DNA of 64,000 bases from Eledone cirrhosa (lineage: Eukaryota), in NCBI GenBank assembly GCA_964016885.1, contig OZ024749.1, positions 4,030,001-4,094,000 of the forward strand. The letters are read 5' to 3'. Both the position numbers and the translations under genes were made by a program. The notes under the pieces are model-generated. The model was not told where the DNA came from. It ran no database searches and saw nothing but the letters and a program-made list of their open reading frames with translations. Within the stretch, counting starts at the first letter, position 1. Each line of letters starts with the position of its first letter. This document shows, one piece after another, positions 1-14,607 of this stretch.

Positions 1-75
<75 letters not shown>

Positions 76-659
76 GGAATAGAATGAAACGAAATTTCAT
101 TTCTCACTCTTAGTACGGCACTTACTTAAATGTAAGTATGCATGTATGTATGTATACGTACATAAATATATGTATACAGACGTATAGTAGTATGTATATA
201 TATACATATATGCACATATACATATATATGCACGTATTGGTTTACCGAACATTTATTATAATGCTCGGTTTGTGTGTTCGTAAACAAACAAACAGCCCGA
301 ATTACGCCGTACAGTGTTTAGGCAACCACGTCACATATTTGTTCAACACTGACACAGGAACGATGTACTAGTTTCAAGCTTATTAGCTATCGTCAGCATC
401 GTATACCTTCCTGCCAGATAGTAGAACGTCTGAAAGTATATATTTCCCTATGCATATTAACGGCTGAGCAGCCTAATTCGCATATCGAGTGAGTTCAGTC
501 GGCAGGGCACACCGAAAACGATAAATGGAATAGAATGAAACGAAATTTCATTTCTCACTCTTAGAACGGCACTTACTTAAATGTAAGTATGTATGTATGT
601 ATACGTACATACATATATGTATACAGACGTATAGTAGTATGTATATATATACATACATG

Positions 660-691
<32 letters not shown>

Positions 692-812
692 ATGCTCGGT
701 TTGTTTGTTTGTAAACAAACAAACAACCCGAATTTTGCCGTACAGTGTTTTGGCAATCACGTCACCTTTTTGTTCAACAATGACACAGGAACGATGTACT
801 AGTTTCAAGCTT
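76..812 (-). mobile_element. Non-autonomous PLE/retrozyme-like element, family A: 451-bp unit plus partial second unit, HHR on minus strand
   Basis: GGAATAGAATGAAACGAAATTTCATTTCTCACTCTTAG at 76 recurs at 527 (period 451). Abuts (TA)n at 1-75. Homologues at 931-1320 (inverted) and 40806-41095. Confidence 0.75.
355..413 (-). ncRNA. Type I hammerhead ribozyme, family A, intact core
   Basis: Minus strand: CAGGA-AGGTAT-ACGATG CTGACGA T-AGCT-AATA-AGCT-T GAAA C-TA-GTA CATCGT-TCCTG. Bulged stem I, CUGANGA/GAAA core, palindromic stem III (ACTAGT), GUA cleavage triplet. Confidence 0.8.
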
Positions 813-930
813 TCCTTATGCATATAAGGATGTATGTATGTATACGTACATACATATATGTATACAGACGTACAGTAGTATGTATATATATATACATACA
901 TGCACACATATATACATATGCACGTAACGG

Positions 931-1161
931 TATATGCATAAGGAAAGTATATACTTTCAGACGTTCAACCATCTGGCAGGAAGGTATACGATGCTGACCA
1001 ATAGCTAATAAGCTTAAAGCTAGTACATCGTTCCTGTGTCAATGTTGAACAAAAAGTTGACGTGGTTGCCTAAACACTGTACGGCGTAATTAGGGCTGTT
1101 TGTTTGTTTACAAACAAACAAACCGACCATTATAATAAATGTTCAGTAAACCGATACGTGC

Positions 1162-1246
<85 letters not shown>

Positions 1247-1320
1247 CATGTATGTATATATATACATACTCCTATACGTCTGTATACATATATGTATGTA
1301 CGTATACATACATACTTACA
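931..1320 (+). mobile_element. Inverted copy of family A with mutated HHR core (977-1036)
   Basis: Reverse complement of about 130-455. Core reads CTGACCA...TAAAGC instead of CTGACGA...GAAAC. Confidence 0.75.
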
Positions 1321-1352
1321 TATATATATATACGTATACATACATACATACT

Positions 1353-1432
<80 letters not shown>

Positions 1433-1759
1433 CATATGTGTATGAGTGTGTGCGCGCGTGTGTGTAATTATTAACGTAAAACGTTGTGGACTTCTCTACA
1501 AATCACGTGTTATACGGAAAATAGGGTGTGTAAAATACAATGACTTATCTTCTGGTTATTAAGAAAATTTCTCTATTGAAAAGGTCTTAGCTCAGTTTAC
1601 AGTCTTTTTAATGTATTTCCATTAAAGTCTTTCGTGAAATGTTTTTTGTTTATATTTATCTCACGTGTTTGGGCGCTGTGCTCTGCTAAAGACAGGACAC
1701 TAAGCAGTACACCAACATCTTACAATATATGCTACAGGATAATACATACTCCGAAGAAG

Positions 1760-2430
1760 CCAAAAGCTAAATAAATTGATGACACAAATCACTGATTTCC
1801 TGAACTTAAATATCGTAATCTCTATGGGTTGCCGAAATTACATTAGCATAAAGGATTTAATGAGACATTTAAAATGGCAAATACAAATTGTGTTTGTATT
1901 CACATACCAGGTGACTTCATACTATGACCTATTATGGTGGAATCAATTTACGAAAGACATCACCGAAGCAATTTCTTTTACATCTTATTGACACTTTACT
2001 TCAAACACATATGGGGTTTCATACAAGATTATATAGATTATTTCAACCATCAACCAAATAATGTAGGGGTGTACCCTTCCATGTTCTCAATGAACGTTGC
2101 GAGCTTATACAGTAACATTCCACACTTTTAAGAAATCCAACCCAACAAATAAATGCTAGACCCATTTCTACATGAACTACGAGAGCGATTCAATAAGTAT
2201 TTCATCGTCGAGGGACGGGAATTTATTTAAAATAAAACAATTATTACCTGTTTAATGAAATATCTTAGCGACAATCATCATGATTAGCCATCGGAATAAA
2301 GGTTACGCCAACTTAGTTTAACCTAGTCACGGAATACAAAATATAAGCACATATGCGTATGAGTTCGGCGACTACATAAAAAGAGAGCTGGAGGAAACTG
2401 GAAGACGACTGCTTTACATTGTCAAATCAT
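1760..2430 (+). pseudogene. Decayed Penelope-like reverse transcriptase fragment
   Basis: GFIQDYIDYFNH...SMNVASLYSNIPH matches the PLE motif DVxSLYTNIP. AIGIKVTPT..NLV resembles the AMG.K.AP.YANL motif. DDCF occurs near 2405. Many stops and frameshifts. Confidence 0.6.
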
Positions 2431-3102
2431 TTGAATGCATATAAACGTAAATATTTATTTATCCTTCCACATATCTAAACATCTGTCTGTGAAGCTGGGG
2501 TGTAGAATGTCACTCAATAAAATTGAGATGATGGAAGTGTGCAGATGCAAGTGACTATGAGGAGCGGGGGATGCAATCATTTACAAAGTCCTGAAATAGC
2601 ATATGATGGAATGTATCATGTGAATACTGTTTAATAAGAAAAGAAATATATGAAAACTCAGATTGAGTAGAATGGAATGCGAAAACAACAGGGAGGGGGG
2701 GGGGGCTCACAAGGACTCTAGTCTCACAGAAGAAAGGAGAGAAGGCTTTGATAAAGAAGGTGCACGCCGCGCACAAGACTTCAAAGCAGTGGACAAAACA
2801 TTTATTACTTTATTTTATTTGTCATCCATTCCCCTTTATACATTTCTACCAACTTTACAAATCTTATCGGTCTTTTATTACGCATCTCACAATGTTCAGT
2901 ATTAACTATACTACAAACACGATGGTTTATTCCCAAATTATAAATGAGAGAATGCATTATTCCGGCCGTTTCAGGCGTTTGTTGAATATATTTGATATAT
3001 TTTGTTGTATTGTAAATATCTAATCAGGTAATATGTTTATTATTTCTACGTATACATGTCGATAACCTGATATTGCCTGGAGGAGATTTCGTAAAACTGA
3101 CC

Positions 3103-3155
<53 letters not shown>

Positions 3156-3183
3156 TACACACGCACACATATATATACACACT

Positions 3184-3240
<57 letters not shown>

Positions 3241-3260
3241 GCATATATAAGTATATATAT

Positions 3261-3491
3261 TGAAAATTGCAAACTTCAATGTCACCACAGAATATGAACC
3301 TGAAGATTGCGAAAGTATGAAAGTACTTCTTCAATTAACACTTAACATTTAATATTCTATCATACTATTTCATTCTAATACCATTATAAATTTTAAAGGA
3401 TTGTAAATAAAACGAGTAAATCAGACAAAGTTGGAATTCCTTTTATTAATATAAACATCTATACACAATCATACACACCCGTGTATATTTA
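3261..3491 (+). mobile_element. Short non-autonomous PLE-type element, family B, with HHR at 3295-3333
   Basis: TGAAC CTGAAGA T-TGC-GAAA-GTA-T GAAA GTACTT CTTCA. Near-identical to both arms of the palindrome at 13381-13806. Lies between microsatellite tracts. Confidence 0.7.
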
Positions 3492-4056
3492 TCTCTCTCT
3501 CTCTATATATATATATATATCTATATATATTTGGGGAGGCTCATATTTGTGTAATAATATTGCCAGAATTAATAACAGAACATACTCACTGTTTGGTTGG
3601 TTTTCGCTTCCGTGTCTTTTATATCGGCTAATTTATACCGGGTAATTTATATCGGTGTGTATATATATATATATATATATACACACACATATATATATAT
3701 GTATATATGTATATATATATATATCTATGTGTATGTGAGTATGTGTGCGTGTATGCGTGTATGTATATATATATATATGGGTGGGGGCAGTATTATATCT
3801 ACACATTAACTATAGCGCCGTCCTTCGCTGTCTAGTGATCTACATTTTAATTACACTGCCACCGTACACAAGCCTCAGCACGTATAATTTGTCAAGGATT
3901 TATGGTCACCACAGAATCTCAATGTATATCAAATGATAGGTTTGTTATTAAATCACTAAGATGGTAGTTTAATATTAGAATATAATCAATACACACACGT
4001 GTGCACACATTTAAACACACACACACACACACACACACATGCATAATGTGTGTATG

Positions 4057-4119
<63 letters not shown>

Positions 4120-4676
4120 AGCTATCGTCTGTAGTCTATAGACAATTACGCAGAGTAAATAATGCGTGCTAAATTCTTACGAATCAGTGTACGACAGGTT
4201 AAATAGTTTCAGTAAACTTAACGACCATCTTGCACTTGTTCTACGTTGGCTTCATCACAAAAAGATATTGAATCATTGCTTTAGTCTCTTTATCTACTTA
4301 TATCTTAAGACTAGTTTTCAAAGCTGATGTTAATCATTTCTAAAGATAATGAAAATCATTCGAAATTATCCTAGCTACACACCGCCTATCTAATGCCAAA
4401 TTAGAAATGAGACTTCGTTTGAAATGGGATTTGTTGGATCTTCCTTGGTCTCAAGGAATATTGTTTGAGTGGTTTGATCAGCGGAGATCCAGCGCATGGA
4501 ATTGAAGTGTACATGTCTCACAAACCGCACCCGATGCTAAATGTGTGACAGGATTTGTCCCTGAAACGAGAGGTACAGATCAATTTAAGAATATAGTGGA
4601 CTAGAGCTACGTGGTATACAGTGACATGCTCAACGACACAATTCCTCGTCTGATACAGAATAAATATATATATATA

Positions 4677-4809
4677 TATTTCTGAAGACAGCATATATAT
4701 GTGATGGTATGTATATTCTGCTTGATAGTTTGTATAATTTTGTACATAGATCTTTTGAATATGCATGCCAATTCTAACACATATATGTCCTAGAAACGAT
4801 CGTAAAATA
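4677..4809 (+). ncRNA. Type I hammerhead ribozyme with about 104-nt stem II domain, family C
   Basis: TATTT CTGAAGA cagCATATATATGTG...CACATATATGtccta GAAA CGATC GTA AAATA. Stem I TATTT/AAATA, palindromic stem III ACGATCGT, GUA triplet. Confidence 0.65.
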
Positions 4810-4868
4810 ATGAACTTTTTTTGTTTAATATAAGGAACTGTTTCTTTGTTTTATTCATTATTTTTTTA

Positions 4869-4919
<51 letters not shown>

Positions 4920-5026
4920 TTGTGTGTATGTGTGTGTATGTATGTGTGTCTATATGTGTGTGGGTGTGTGAGGATGTGGGTGGGTGTGACTATGTGTATT
5001 TGTGTGTGTATATACATATATAACAG

Positions 5027-5305
5027 TGGAGGCACGTGGTCTATTCATAAGCGTGTTGGACTTACGATCATAATATAGTGGGTTTGATTCCTGGGTGGCG
5101 TGTTGTGTTATTGAACGAAACATTTTATTTCACGTTGCTGCAGTATACTCAGCTGATAAAGAGTACCAGCAATAGCTGTAGTTTAGGTTTAAATCTGCGA
5201 TAGACTGGTCTCATGTCCCGTGGGGAGTGATGTACTCTCAGTCACTTCATGTCATGAAACCGGAATAAGCACCGGCCAAATGAGTATTCTGACTCATTTA
5301 GAGAC
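5027..5305 (+). mobile_element. tRNA-derived SINE with CORE-like central domain (degenerate)
   Basis: GGAGGCACGTGGTC head and B-box-like GGTTTGATTCC. CORE-like GTTGTGTTATTGAACGAAAACATTTTATTTCAC, then CTGCGATAGACTGG...GAAACCGGAATAAGCACCGG. Confidence 0.6.
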
Positions 5306-5343
5306 TTTAGCCTTCTTAGATTCATATATTTATATATATATAT

Positions 5344-5810
5344 GTAGATAAATCTACCAAAATATACGGTAGTGTCTAATCCGTATGAAAAATTCATTGT
5401 AATCCAAATATCATGAAAAGAGAAGATGTATTCAAAAATTGTTTCGGTGAAAATCACAGGAAAACATAGTCAAGATAAATTAATAAAAACAATGAATAAA
5501 AACAAAGAAACAGTTCCTTATATTAACAAAATTCATCAATTTACGATCGTTTCTAGGATATATATGTGTGTGTTGGTAAGTATATCATATAGATATATGT
5601 AAACATTTTACAAACTATCAGAGGAAATGTTCATATCTACACATATATATGCTGACTTCAGAAATAATGATAGTTTGTAAAATGTTTACTGAGATCTATA
5701 TGATATACATACCAACAAACACATATATATCCAAGAAGCGATCGTAAAATGATGAATCTTTTAATATAAGTAACTGTTTCTCTGTTTTTATTCATTGTTT
5801 TATTAATTTA
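5344..5810. mobile_element. Family C element with inverted duplication (arms about 5478-5620 and 5668-5810)
   Basis: 5344-5668 matches 27925-28240. The right arm is the reverse complement of the left. The minus-strand HHR at 5535-5668 has a mutated core (CTGAAGT). (TA)n on both sides. Confidence 0.75.
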
Positions 5811-5851
5811 TATATATATATATATATACACACACAAATCCAACATCACCC

Positions 5852-5882
<31 letters not shown>

Positions 5883-6175
5883 TACATACACACGTATATA
5901 TAAATATATATATAATTTGATATATACATATGATAAAATCGTTTAAACGCCTGAAGATTAGTTCACAATTTTATGCTTCTACCAATCTGGAAAGATGGGC
6001 GATATTTAAAAAAAATGACCGCTCATGTTACGTGTATAAACACAATTATGTAATATAATAACATATCAATCTCATCCGGATTGAGCACTATTCACTTTTT
6101 TCGCACCTACCGATATTTTACACTATATATACATACATACATACATCCATCTCTCTCTCTCCCCCTCTCTCTCTC

Positions 6176-6257
<82 letters not shown>

Positions 6258-7329
6258 AATATGGACACACTGTGCATGGACACACTGGAAGTGGAAGACC
6301 AAGGTTGTTAACGTGTGTTGCGAGTTATAGGATGAAATTAAATTAAATTAAAATATTAAATTGCAAAATGATAAATTGAAAAGTAAGTTATTAGAAAATT
6401 AAAGTTTAAGGTAGCGAGATATATTTATTTAATGAACTTACGGAGAGAGTCTTATATGAAAACAATTTATCTCGATAAGATATTAGGATGGGATATAGAG
6501 TAAAGATTTCGATTGCGATTCGCAGCCAGCACACCCAGACCATGAGTCAGCCAGTCTCGAGTGGTATCGTCCAGCGAAAGAAATGGAAATGAATTGTTCC
6601 GAGTACGCTAGGAACGTAGCTACCTTAGGTTCCGGGAGCGCTAGCGGGAACTCCACAATTTCAGGTGATACTACTTCCTTGTCTGGATGATTCCGATTCC
6701 GACAAAACTCTACGTATTATACTAAAACATGTATTGTCTTGACTGAATTCTATACTCTATACCTCAGGACTCACACTGAATTCGGAAATCCGAACTTTAC
6801 ACTAGGTACAACCTGTTACCATTCCATCTCCTCCATCCTCTATATATATATGTACAACCTGTATTATCTTTCTACAACTTGATCTCTATTGTATTTCCCC
6901 TACACTGTGATTCCGCCTATATGTTCTTATATACTTCCGTCTTTCTACATCCCTAGTTATTTACCTTTATTAATCTTTTTATTATGTCATTAATGTATAT
7001 ATATATTTTTTTAAATTATTTTATTAAAGTATTTTTATCAATGTATTCTATCTTTATATTTGTATTTTATCTTTGTATCCTGCTTTTATTATTTTTTGTA
7101 ACTTTCCTTACTCAGGATATTATGCACCTTTCATAGCCCCCTACCCACCTAAGAACCACACTACTTATAACCCGGACTAACTGGGACTTTAAAATAATTT
7201 TCGTCTATTTGCACTTTTCATTGGGTTGCTACCTTCGACTTGTGTAGTGGCTTTTCCCGGCTGAGCGCTGGCCACTCGGAAAGTTCAGCCTTCCTTGAGT
7301 GCTCGGAAAAATAACTTTATTCTTAAACT

Positions 7330-7863
<534 letters not shown>

Positions 7864-8379
7864 TGTTTGTATGTATATATACGTATATATATATATATAT
7901 ATATATATATACCAAAAGTTAAGAAATCCTGACACCAAGAAATAAAGCGACCAAATGCATTCGGGCATAGTTTGTACCACAATGACGATAAATACAAACA
8001 GATCGAGAACTAAATTGCACCATCTCGAATAGATAAGTCGATAGAAATCGATACAAATATGTTTCTAAGGCAACTGAGAGTAGTACCACTAGCTGCACAA
8101 TGCTTCTAGCGACGGAACAGGAATGTCCCGTCATATACAGGTTTTCGCTCCATATTATCCGATGTAGTCTACTCTTAGAGACAGTGAGGCATTCTAACGT
8201 AGTATCACATTCGCCTGTGTCATCATGTGACTTTTCCCAAAAGAGGAATTTCAAATTTTCTGAAATTTACGCTGGAAAATTCTGAACAGAAATATTTTTA
8301 AGATAAAACTTTCAAATAGCATTTATAAACAAAACAATAACCAACATGATATAAATCAATTACATAAAACTAGTAGATA

Positions 8380-8790
8380 AATAATTGGTTCTACTTTTCG
8401 CACAAGGCAAGCAATTACCCAGTATTTTGGGCACAAGGCCAGCAATTACACAGTACTGGTACTTTATTTTATCGTCCCCGTAAGGATGAAAGGCAAAGTT
8501 TACCTCGGCGGGATTTGAACTCAGAATGGAAAGGGCCGTAACTCTATGCGTCAAAACATGTCGTCCGACCCTCTACCGATACTGCCAATCCACCGCCCTT
8601 AGAGTAATAATTGTTTCTACTTTTTGGCACAAGGCCAGTAATTAATCTGTACATTACTGGTACTTTATTTTATCGACCCCGTAAGGATGAAAGGCAAAGT
8701 TAACCTCGGCGGGATTTGAACTCATACCATAAAACGGCGTAAATATATGGTGCAAATCATGGCCTCCGACCTTATACCGATACTGCCAAG
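8380..8790 (-). mobile_element. Two tandem tRNA-derived SINEs (8380-8597 and 8605-8790), octopus-type, Meta-like central domain
   Basis: Minus strand: A-box TGGCAGTATCGG, B-box GAGTTCAAATCC, then CTTTGCCTTTCATCCTTACGGGG.CGATAAAATAAAGTACCAG and an ATTATT tail. Multiple copies in the window. Confidence 0.85.
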
Positions 8791-10319
8791 CATCCCCCCC
8801 CCCCACAATTTTATATAATAACACTCAATTTCTTTTACATATGTCAGTTTATTGGAGGGTTTCTCATTTGATTCTCTGGCAATGAACGTTGTATAACGTA
8901 TTCGAAAATATCACTAGAGGTTCTTTGTCGTTTCAGAATTTACTGATATATTGGAAAGAATAACTTATATCGCATTTAAACCAGTTTATTTACACCCGTG
9001 CATTGCATCCAATAATCTGTATGTAAATATTCAACCTGTGTAAAAAACACAATATCTATGGTTGTTTCCGGAATAGGAACATGTACGGGATCGTTATGCT
9101 CTGAAACAATTGTAAAGGATATCTTGCATATTGCGATTTATATACTCCGTTTCGTTTTCAATGTAAAAATTAATTTCTTTCATTCAACAACATATATACT
9201 CTGCTATACATGTTTCGAACGTGATAAGGTTTCCATTTTTTGACATGCTGTGAAACAGTTTGCACAATCCATGTAATGTAGGAGTAGAAATTCAGCTATG
9301 TGTGGATAGTCTTTCTCTTTAGAGAGATGATAAAATGTTTGTATAATAAATAGTGTCGTCAATGAAACATCGATTTTATCTTTAGCAGGAATGTATCGTA
9401 AAAAAAAAAAAGTTCCACGAGTTGTATTTTTTCATGTTTTTCGTATGCTAACATCTTACAAAATAAATGTATTTAAAAACAAAACATTCTAATCATTTTA
9501 CGTCTAGTGAGATAATTTGTGAAAACTAACCTTTCAATTTTTGTCCAGGGATTAATTAAACCTATTTCTCAAATTAATATTTACCATCTACAAAGAAAAT
9601 GTGTATAAAGGGACATAATCACATACACACAGAAATACATACTCTTGTAGGACAGTTAGTGTCCCCATATATGTGTGCACACATATACCTACCCAAATAT
9701 ATTCCTACACCTATATAAATATAAACATCTCTACATCCATTGGTGTATATAGATTTCATAGATATGTATGAATACATATCTCCCTAGATGCCTGGATTAG
9801 GATGTAGACTCCGATTCATCTTCACCCATATACATACACACACATGGACAAATACACAAACCTTCAAATATATATACATACACATATATTATTATACACA
9901 GCTGGGCTTACAACAAAGCTTCTAGTAAACATACATCTATGTCGCCATAGATTCACATCTTAAGAATTGTGCGTCGACACACATACGATAGCTTTCAAGT
10001 ACATACCGACACTCATTCATTCCCTTACACAAAGGAGTACAAATATACATCATAAGATAAACTCATATAACTATTTCTCCACATATGTAAACCCACATAA
10101 TTACTACGTGTAAACTTGATATTAGAATATAAAAAATACTTGATACTAAATGAATTAAGCTTTAACTAACAGAAAACACCGGAAGAGCGGGAGAATATGA
10201 GGTAATGACAGTGGGAGTTTGATTCTTTTGGGTTCGGATCTGGTGTATATATGTGTATATTAGAGGGAATTAATCTTTCCCACAACATTTTAAATTATAG
10301 TACATTAATTTTATATATA

Positions 10320-10975
10320 GGTGGAGTAATAGACTGAAGGACAACAACTAGTAAAAGATTAACGTACATTAATATAAAGTGTAAATTAATTGCCACTGAT
10401 TTAGATATTGAGAAATATACCGATCCTGACAAAATCATAACGCCTCGATTGACGCTTAAGCATCATAAATCAAACTTCGAAGAAAACCCATCTATAAGAC
10501 TGTTCTGCCTCTCTACCCCAGATATAGGCAGGATTAGCAAAATATACTAGATAGGATGTTGCCAATTTTTTTTTAAATTAATCTAAATCTGTGTGGCAAC
10601 CAAGATGACGGTATAAACAGGTTTTAAAATATTAAAACTAAGGATCAGCTTTATACAATTAGATATTGATATATTATATATTACAGTTCTATCTGTCCTA
10701 TTATTTCAAATAAGGCTTTAAATTTTGACAAGAGTTTCACCAGTGTAAATAAAAAAAGCAGTAGATATTATTCTCGGGGCTAGATGTATAATAATAGTTA
10801 GATGGTTCCTTATGGACTAGAGCCAATGAAATTCGATATCAATATGGGGTCAGGTGATTATGCACAAGTCACAGATTTAGTTGGCATATACCTTTTATAT
10901 AAGCGTTAGGAGGAAATTCCTGCATCCCAATGCGGTTTGTATAGAGACAACGCTCTATTCATCGTAAATAACTAA
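10320..10975 (+). pseudogene. Decayed Naiad-type PLE RT fragment
   Basis: LTLKHHKSNFEENPSIRLFC..PDIGRISK, FIQLDID, FDINMGSGDYAQVTDLVGIY and GLYRDNAL are all colinear with the element at 14608-16943. Confidence 0.8.
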
Positions 10976-11832
10976 AACGTTAATCTGTACCTAGATATCT
11001 TTGGTATTCTGTCTATTATTGCAATCAATAGTTTCATTGTGTGTTATTGTATATATATATATATATGCATGTGTGTTTAGGCATTTTATATGGGAATATA
11101 TGTGCTAATCTGTATATCAGGATATGTGGTGGTGTGACAATGTGCGTGTGTGAATGTGTTCATGCGTGCGTGCATTTTAGTCGGTATGATGAAACAGCAT
11201 GAAGTGAATATTTTAAATTTAAATTTAAATTTATTCAGAGGAATAATATTTTTTGAAGCAGAAGGAGATAAATAGATAGGACGGAGAATTAGCACGGCAT
11301 ATTATCCAGATATTAATGAGTTTAAACCAAAAAAAAAAATAATAATAATAATAATTTCTCTTAAATAACGTCAATAACACCAACAAAAACAATATGGAAT
11401 AGTAATGAATTTTATATAACAAACAGTGCAGACAATAATTATATGAAAAGCCAGGAAAACAAGTTTGCATGATATGTTTCTCCAATGAGTATGGCGGAAA
11501 TGGAGTAATCAGTATGAACTAATACTAGATTTATTGCAAATAGCAAGCATACACAAATAAATACACTTAAGATTCTTAATTTTAAACACATTTTTATTTG
11601 TTATAAACTTTATATGAATGTTTCAATATTGATGGTGATCGTGCTTACAACGATGATATATATTTATACGTTGTTGATATTTGATGTTTTGTTATGTTTT
11701 TTTTCTTTCTTGTGTTTGTTTGGTTCTCTTTTTTTATCATTCTTCATTTAATTGCGTTGAACTGCTTTGTGAATGGCTTGCCAAAGGAATGCGTGCCTGA
11801 ACACGAAACATTTCCTAACATATCATGTCCTA

Positions 11833-12027
<195 letters not shown>

Positions 12028-12113
12028 CACACCATATATATACATATAAACACACACACGCACATATATATATAAGTATATATATATACACACACACGCA
12101 CAAACACACACAC

Positions 12114-12158
<45 letters not shown>

Positions 12159-12393
12159 TATATTTATGACTGTACGCATACAAACATAGCATATGCAGAT
12201 GAATATATATAGATAGATATAATACATGAAGTAATTGAGAAAAGTTAGTTGAAATTTGAATAACATTTTATAAATTTCAAAGGAAAAGATAATTGTGTAT
12301 ATGAGCATAGGTTTTTATACTGTTTGTGATCTAAATGACTTTCTTGTGAACGTAATTGATTTGTCAAATACACTCACAGTATATATATATATG

Positions 12394-12464
<71 letters not shown>

Positions 12465-12476
12465 TTATATACATAT

Positions 12477-12537
<61 letters not shown>

Positions 12538-12684
12538 ATATACACATATATATATTTATATATATATATATATATAATATATATAAATATATATATATAT
12601 AATATATAAAAATATATATATATATATATAATATATATAAATATATATATATATAATATATATAAACATATATATATATATATA

Positions 12685-12718
<34 letters not shown>

Positions 12719-12756
12719 TATATAAATATATATATATAAATATATATATTTATATA

Positions 12757-12808
<52 letters not shown>

Positions 12809-13324
12809 TGTAGTCGCTTATATATGCCGAATCCTTATGCACTCACTGTGAACATCCCTCACGTTTGTATGCACTGCAATTGCACCCGATTCGTTAGTAT
12901 ATTTAGCCCCTTTGATATATTTACGCGTCGAAATTCATTAGCAAAAACATAAAAAAATATTAATAAATAAAATATCTTTGAAACAAACTAGCTGACGAGA
13001 CGTAACATTTTACAAAAGAATATTACATGTTTTATACAGTTTATATATATTTACATATACAAATTAAACGGAAACATTTCCACCATAATTTTACTTACGA
13101 GAATTTATTATGTATTTTAACTAAAACAATTTAAGTACGCCGTTATTTTATCTGATCGTTTGTAGCCCGAATCGTAAGTTACGCGCTTTTTCTCTCCACT
13201 TACACGAAATATTAAGTCAGCCATCGTTTAAGTCAACTATTTAACTCAGCTAGACTAACACACGGTACACTCTCCACCAACTATAGATATATATATATAT
13301 ATATGTGTGTGTGTGGGGGGGGGG

Positions 13325-13365
<41 letters not shown>

Positions 13366-13380
13366 AGAGAGAGAGAGAGA

Positions 13381-13799
13381 TAAATATACACGGGTGTGTA
13401 TGATTGTGTATAGAAGATTATATTAATAAAAGGAATTCCAACTTTGTCTGATTCACTCGTTTTATTTACAATCCTTTAAAATGTATAATGGTATTAGAAT
13501 GAAATAGTATGGTAGAATATTAAATGTTAAGTGTTAATTGAACAAGTTCTTTCATGTTTTCGCAATCTTCAGGTTCATAATGTGTGGTGACAGTCAAGTT
13601 TGCAATCTTCACAGTTGAAAATTGCTAACTTGACTGTCACCACACATTATGAACCTGAAGATTGCGAAAGCATGAATTTACTTGTTCAATTAACACTTAA
13701 CATTTAATATTCTACCATACTATTTCATTCTAATACCATTATACATTTTAAAAGATTGTAAATAAAACGAGTAAATCTGACAAAGTTGGAATTCCTTTT

Positions 13800-13806
<7 letters not shown>
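13381..13806. mobile_element. Head-to-head palindrome of family B (about 190-bp arms, centre about 13613), one HHR per arm
   Basis: 13418-13610 is the reverse complement of 13617-13806. HHR on minus at 13539-13577 (core intact) and on plus at 13650-13688 (GAAA changed to GAAT). Confidence 0.85.
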
Positions 13807-13865
<59 letters not shown>

Positions 13866-13871
<6 letters not shown>

Positions 13872-14128
13872 TCAGTTTATCAATAATGTAGTGATAATAT
13901 ATCGTTACGTTAGAGATGAACAACGTACGTGCAGGTTTGTTCAACGAGTATAAATTATATTCCGGAGAAATGTAGAAAGCATGAATATAAAATGAAAGTG
14001 CTTTTGTTAAAAAAGGAATTTATTAGGTATTGACATATGTTTCTGTAACAGACCGAATACCTATGTATCGCTGTAATCATATAATGTTAGCAAGTATTCG
14101 ATAGCAAATGTATAATCAGTTGTCACTT
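13866..14128 (-). repeat. 3' pseudo-LTR of the PLE
   Basis: Direct repeat of 16991-17260 with few differences. Confidence 0.9.
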
Positions 14129-14607
14129 CTTCAGAGATTTTGGATAAACTGGATAAAATCAGAAAAATTGAAGTATTTATATTAGTAAAAGAGGAAGGAA
14201 CAGAGGGGATAGTATATGACATATGGTAAAATAATTTACTGCTAAACAAGTATATAATGGGTTTTTAATGAGAATACCATGAGTAAATCTAAATAAGAAT
14301 TTTGGGAGTGCCAATTTTAATCTCTACTTGACCAACTGGACAGTGGACAGGGCTGGTCATTTGGTGCAGTAGTATTAATTATAAAGTGTCAATTGGGGAA
14401 GGGGGAGATTTCGATTGCTACTAAATAACATCAATGCTAGTAGCCAGCTGGTATATGCATTAGGGAATTGAATCAAGAAATCAGAAATCTCATTTTATCT
14501 ATAGCAGTTTGTATTAAAAGGTAAATAATAGAAGAGTTGATAGAATTAAGACTAATAAAGAATGTTCATATCTATTTTGACAATCAAACGGGGATAGAGA
14601 CAGGCGT

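Noticed and set aside
2955-3032. Further HHR-like remnants (also 22661-22695 and 31030-31070)
   Set aside because: Core nucleotides are mutated (CTGATTA, CTGATGT, GTAA) or stems I/III are missing, and each is single-copy here.
7919-8254. 111-aa ORF with RLHRIIWSE, reminiscent of a Tc1/mariner transposase
   Set aside because: One weak motif only, with no TIRs or other catalytic motifs.
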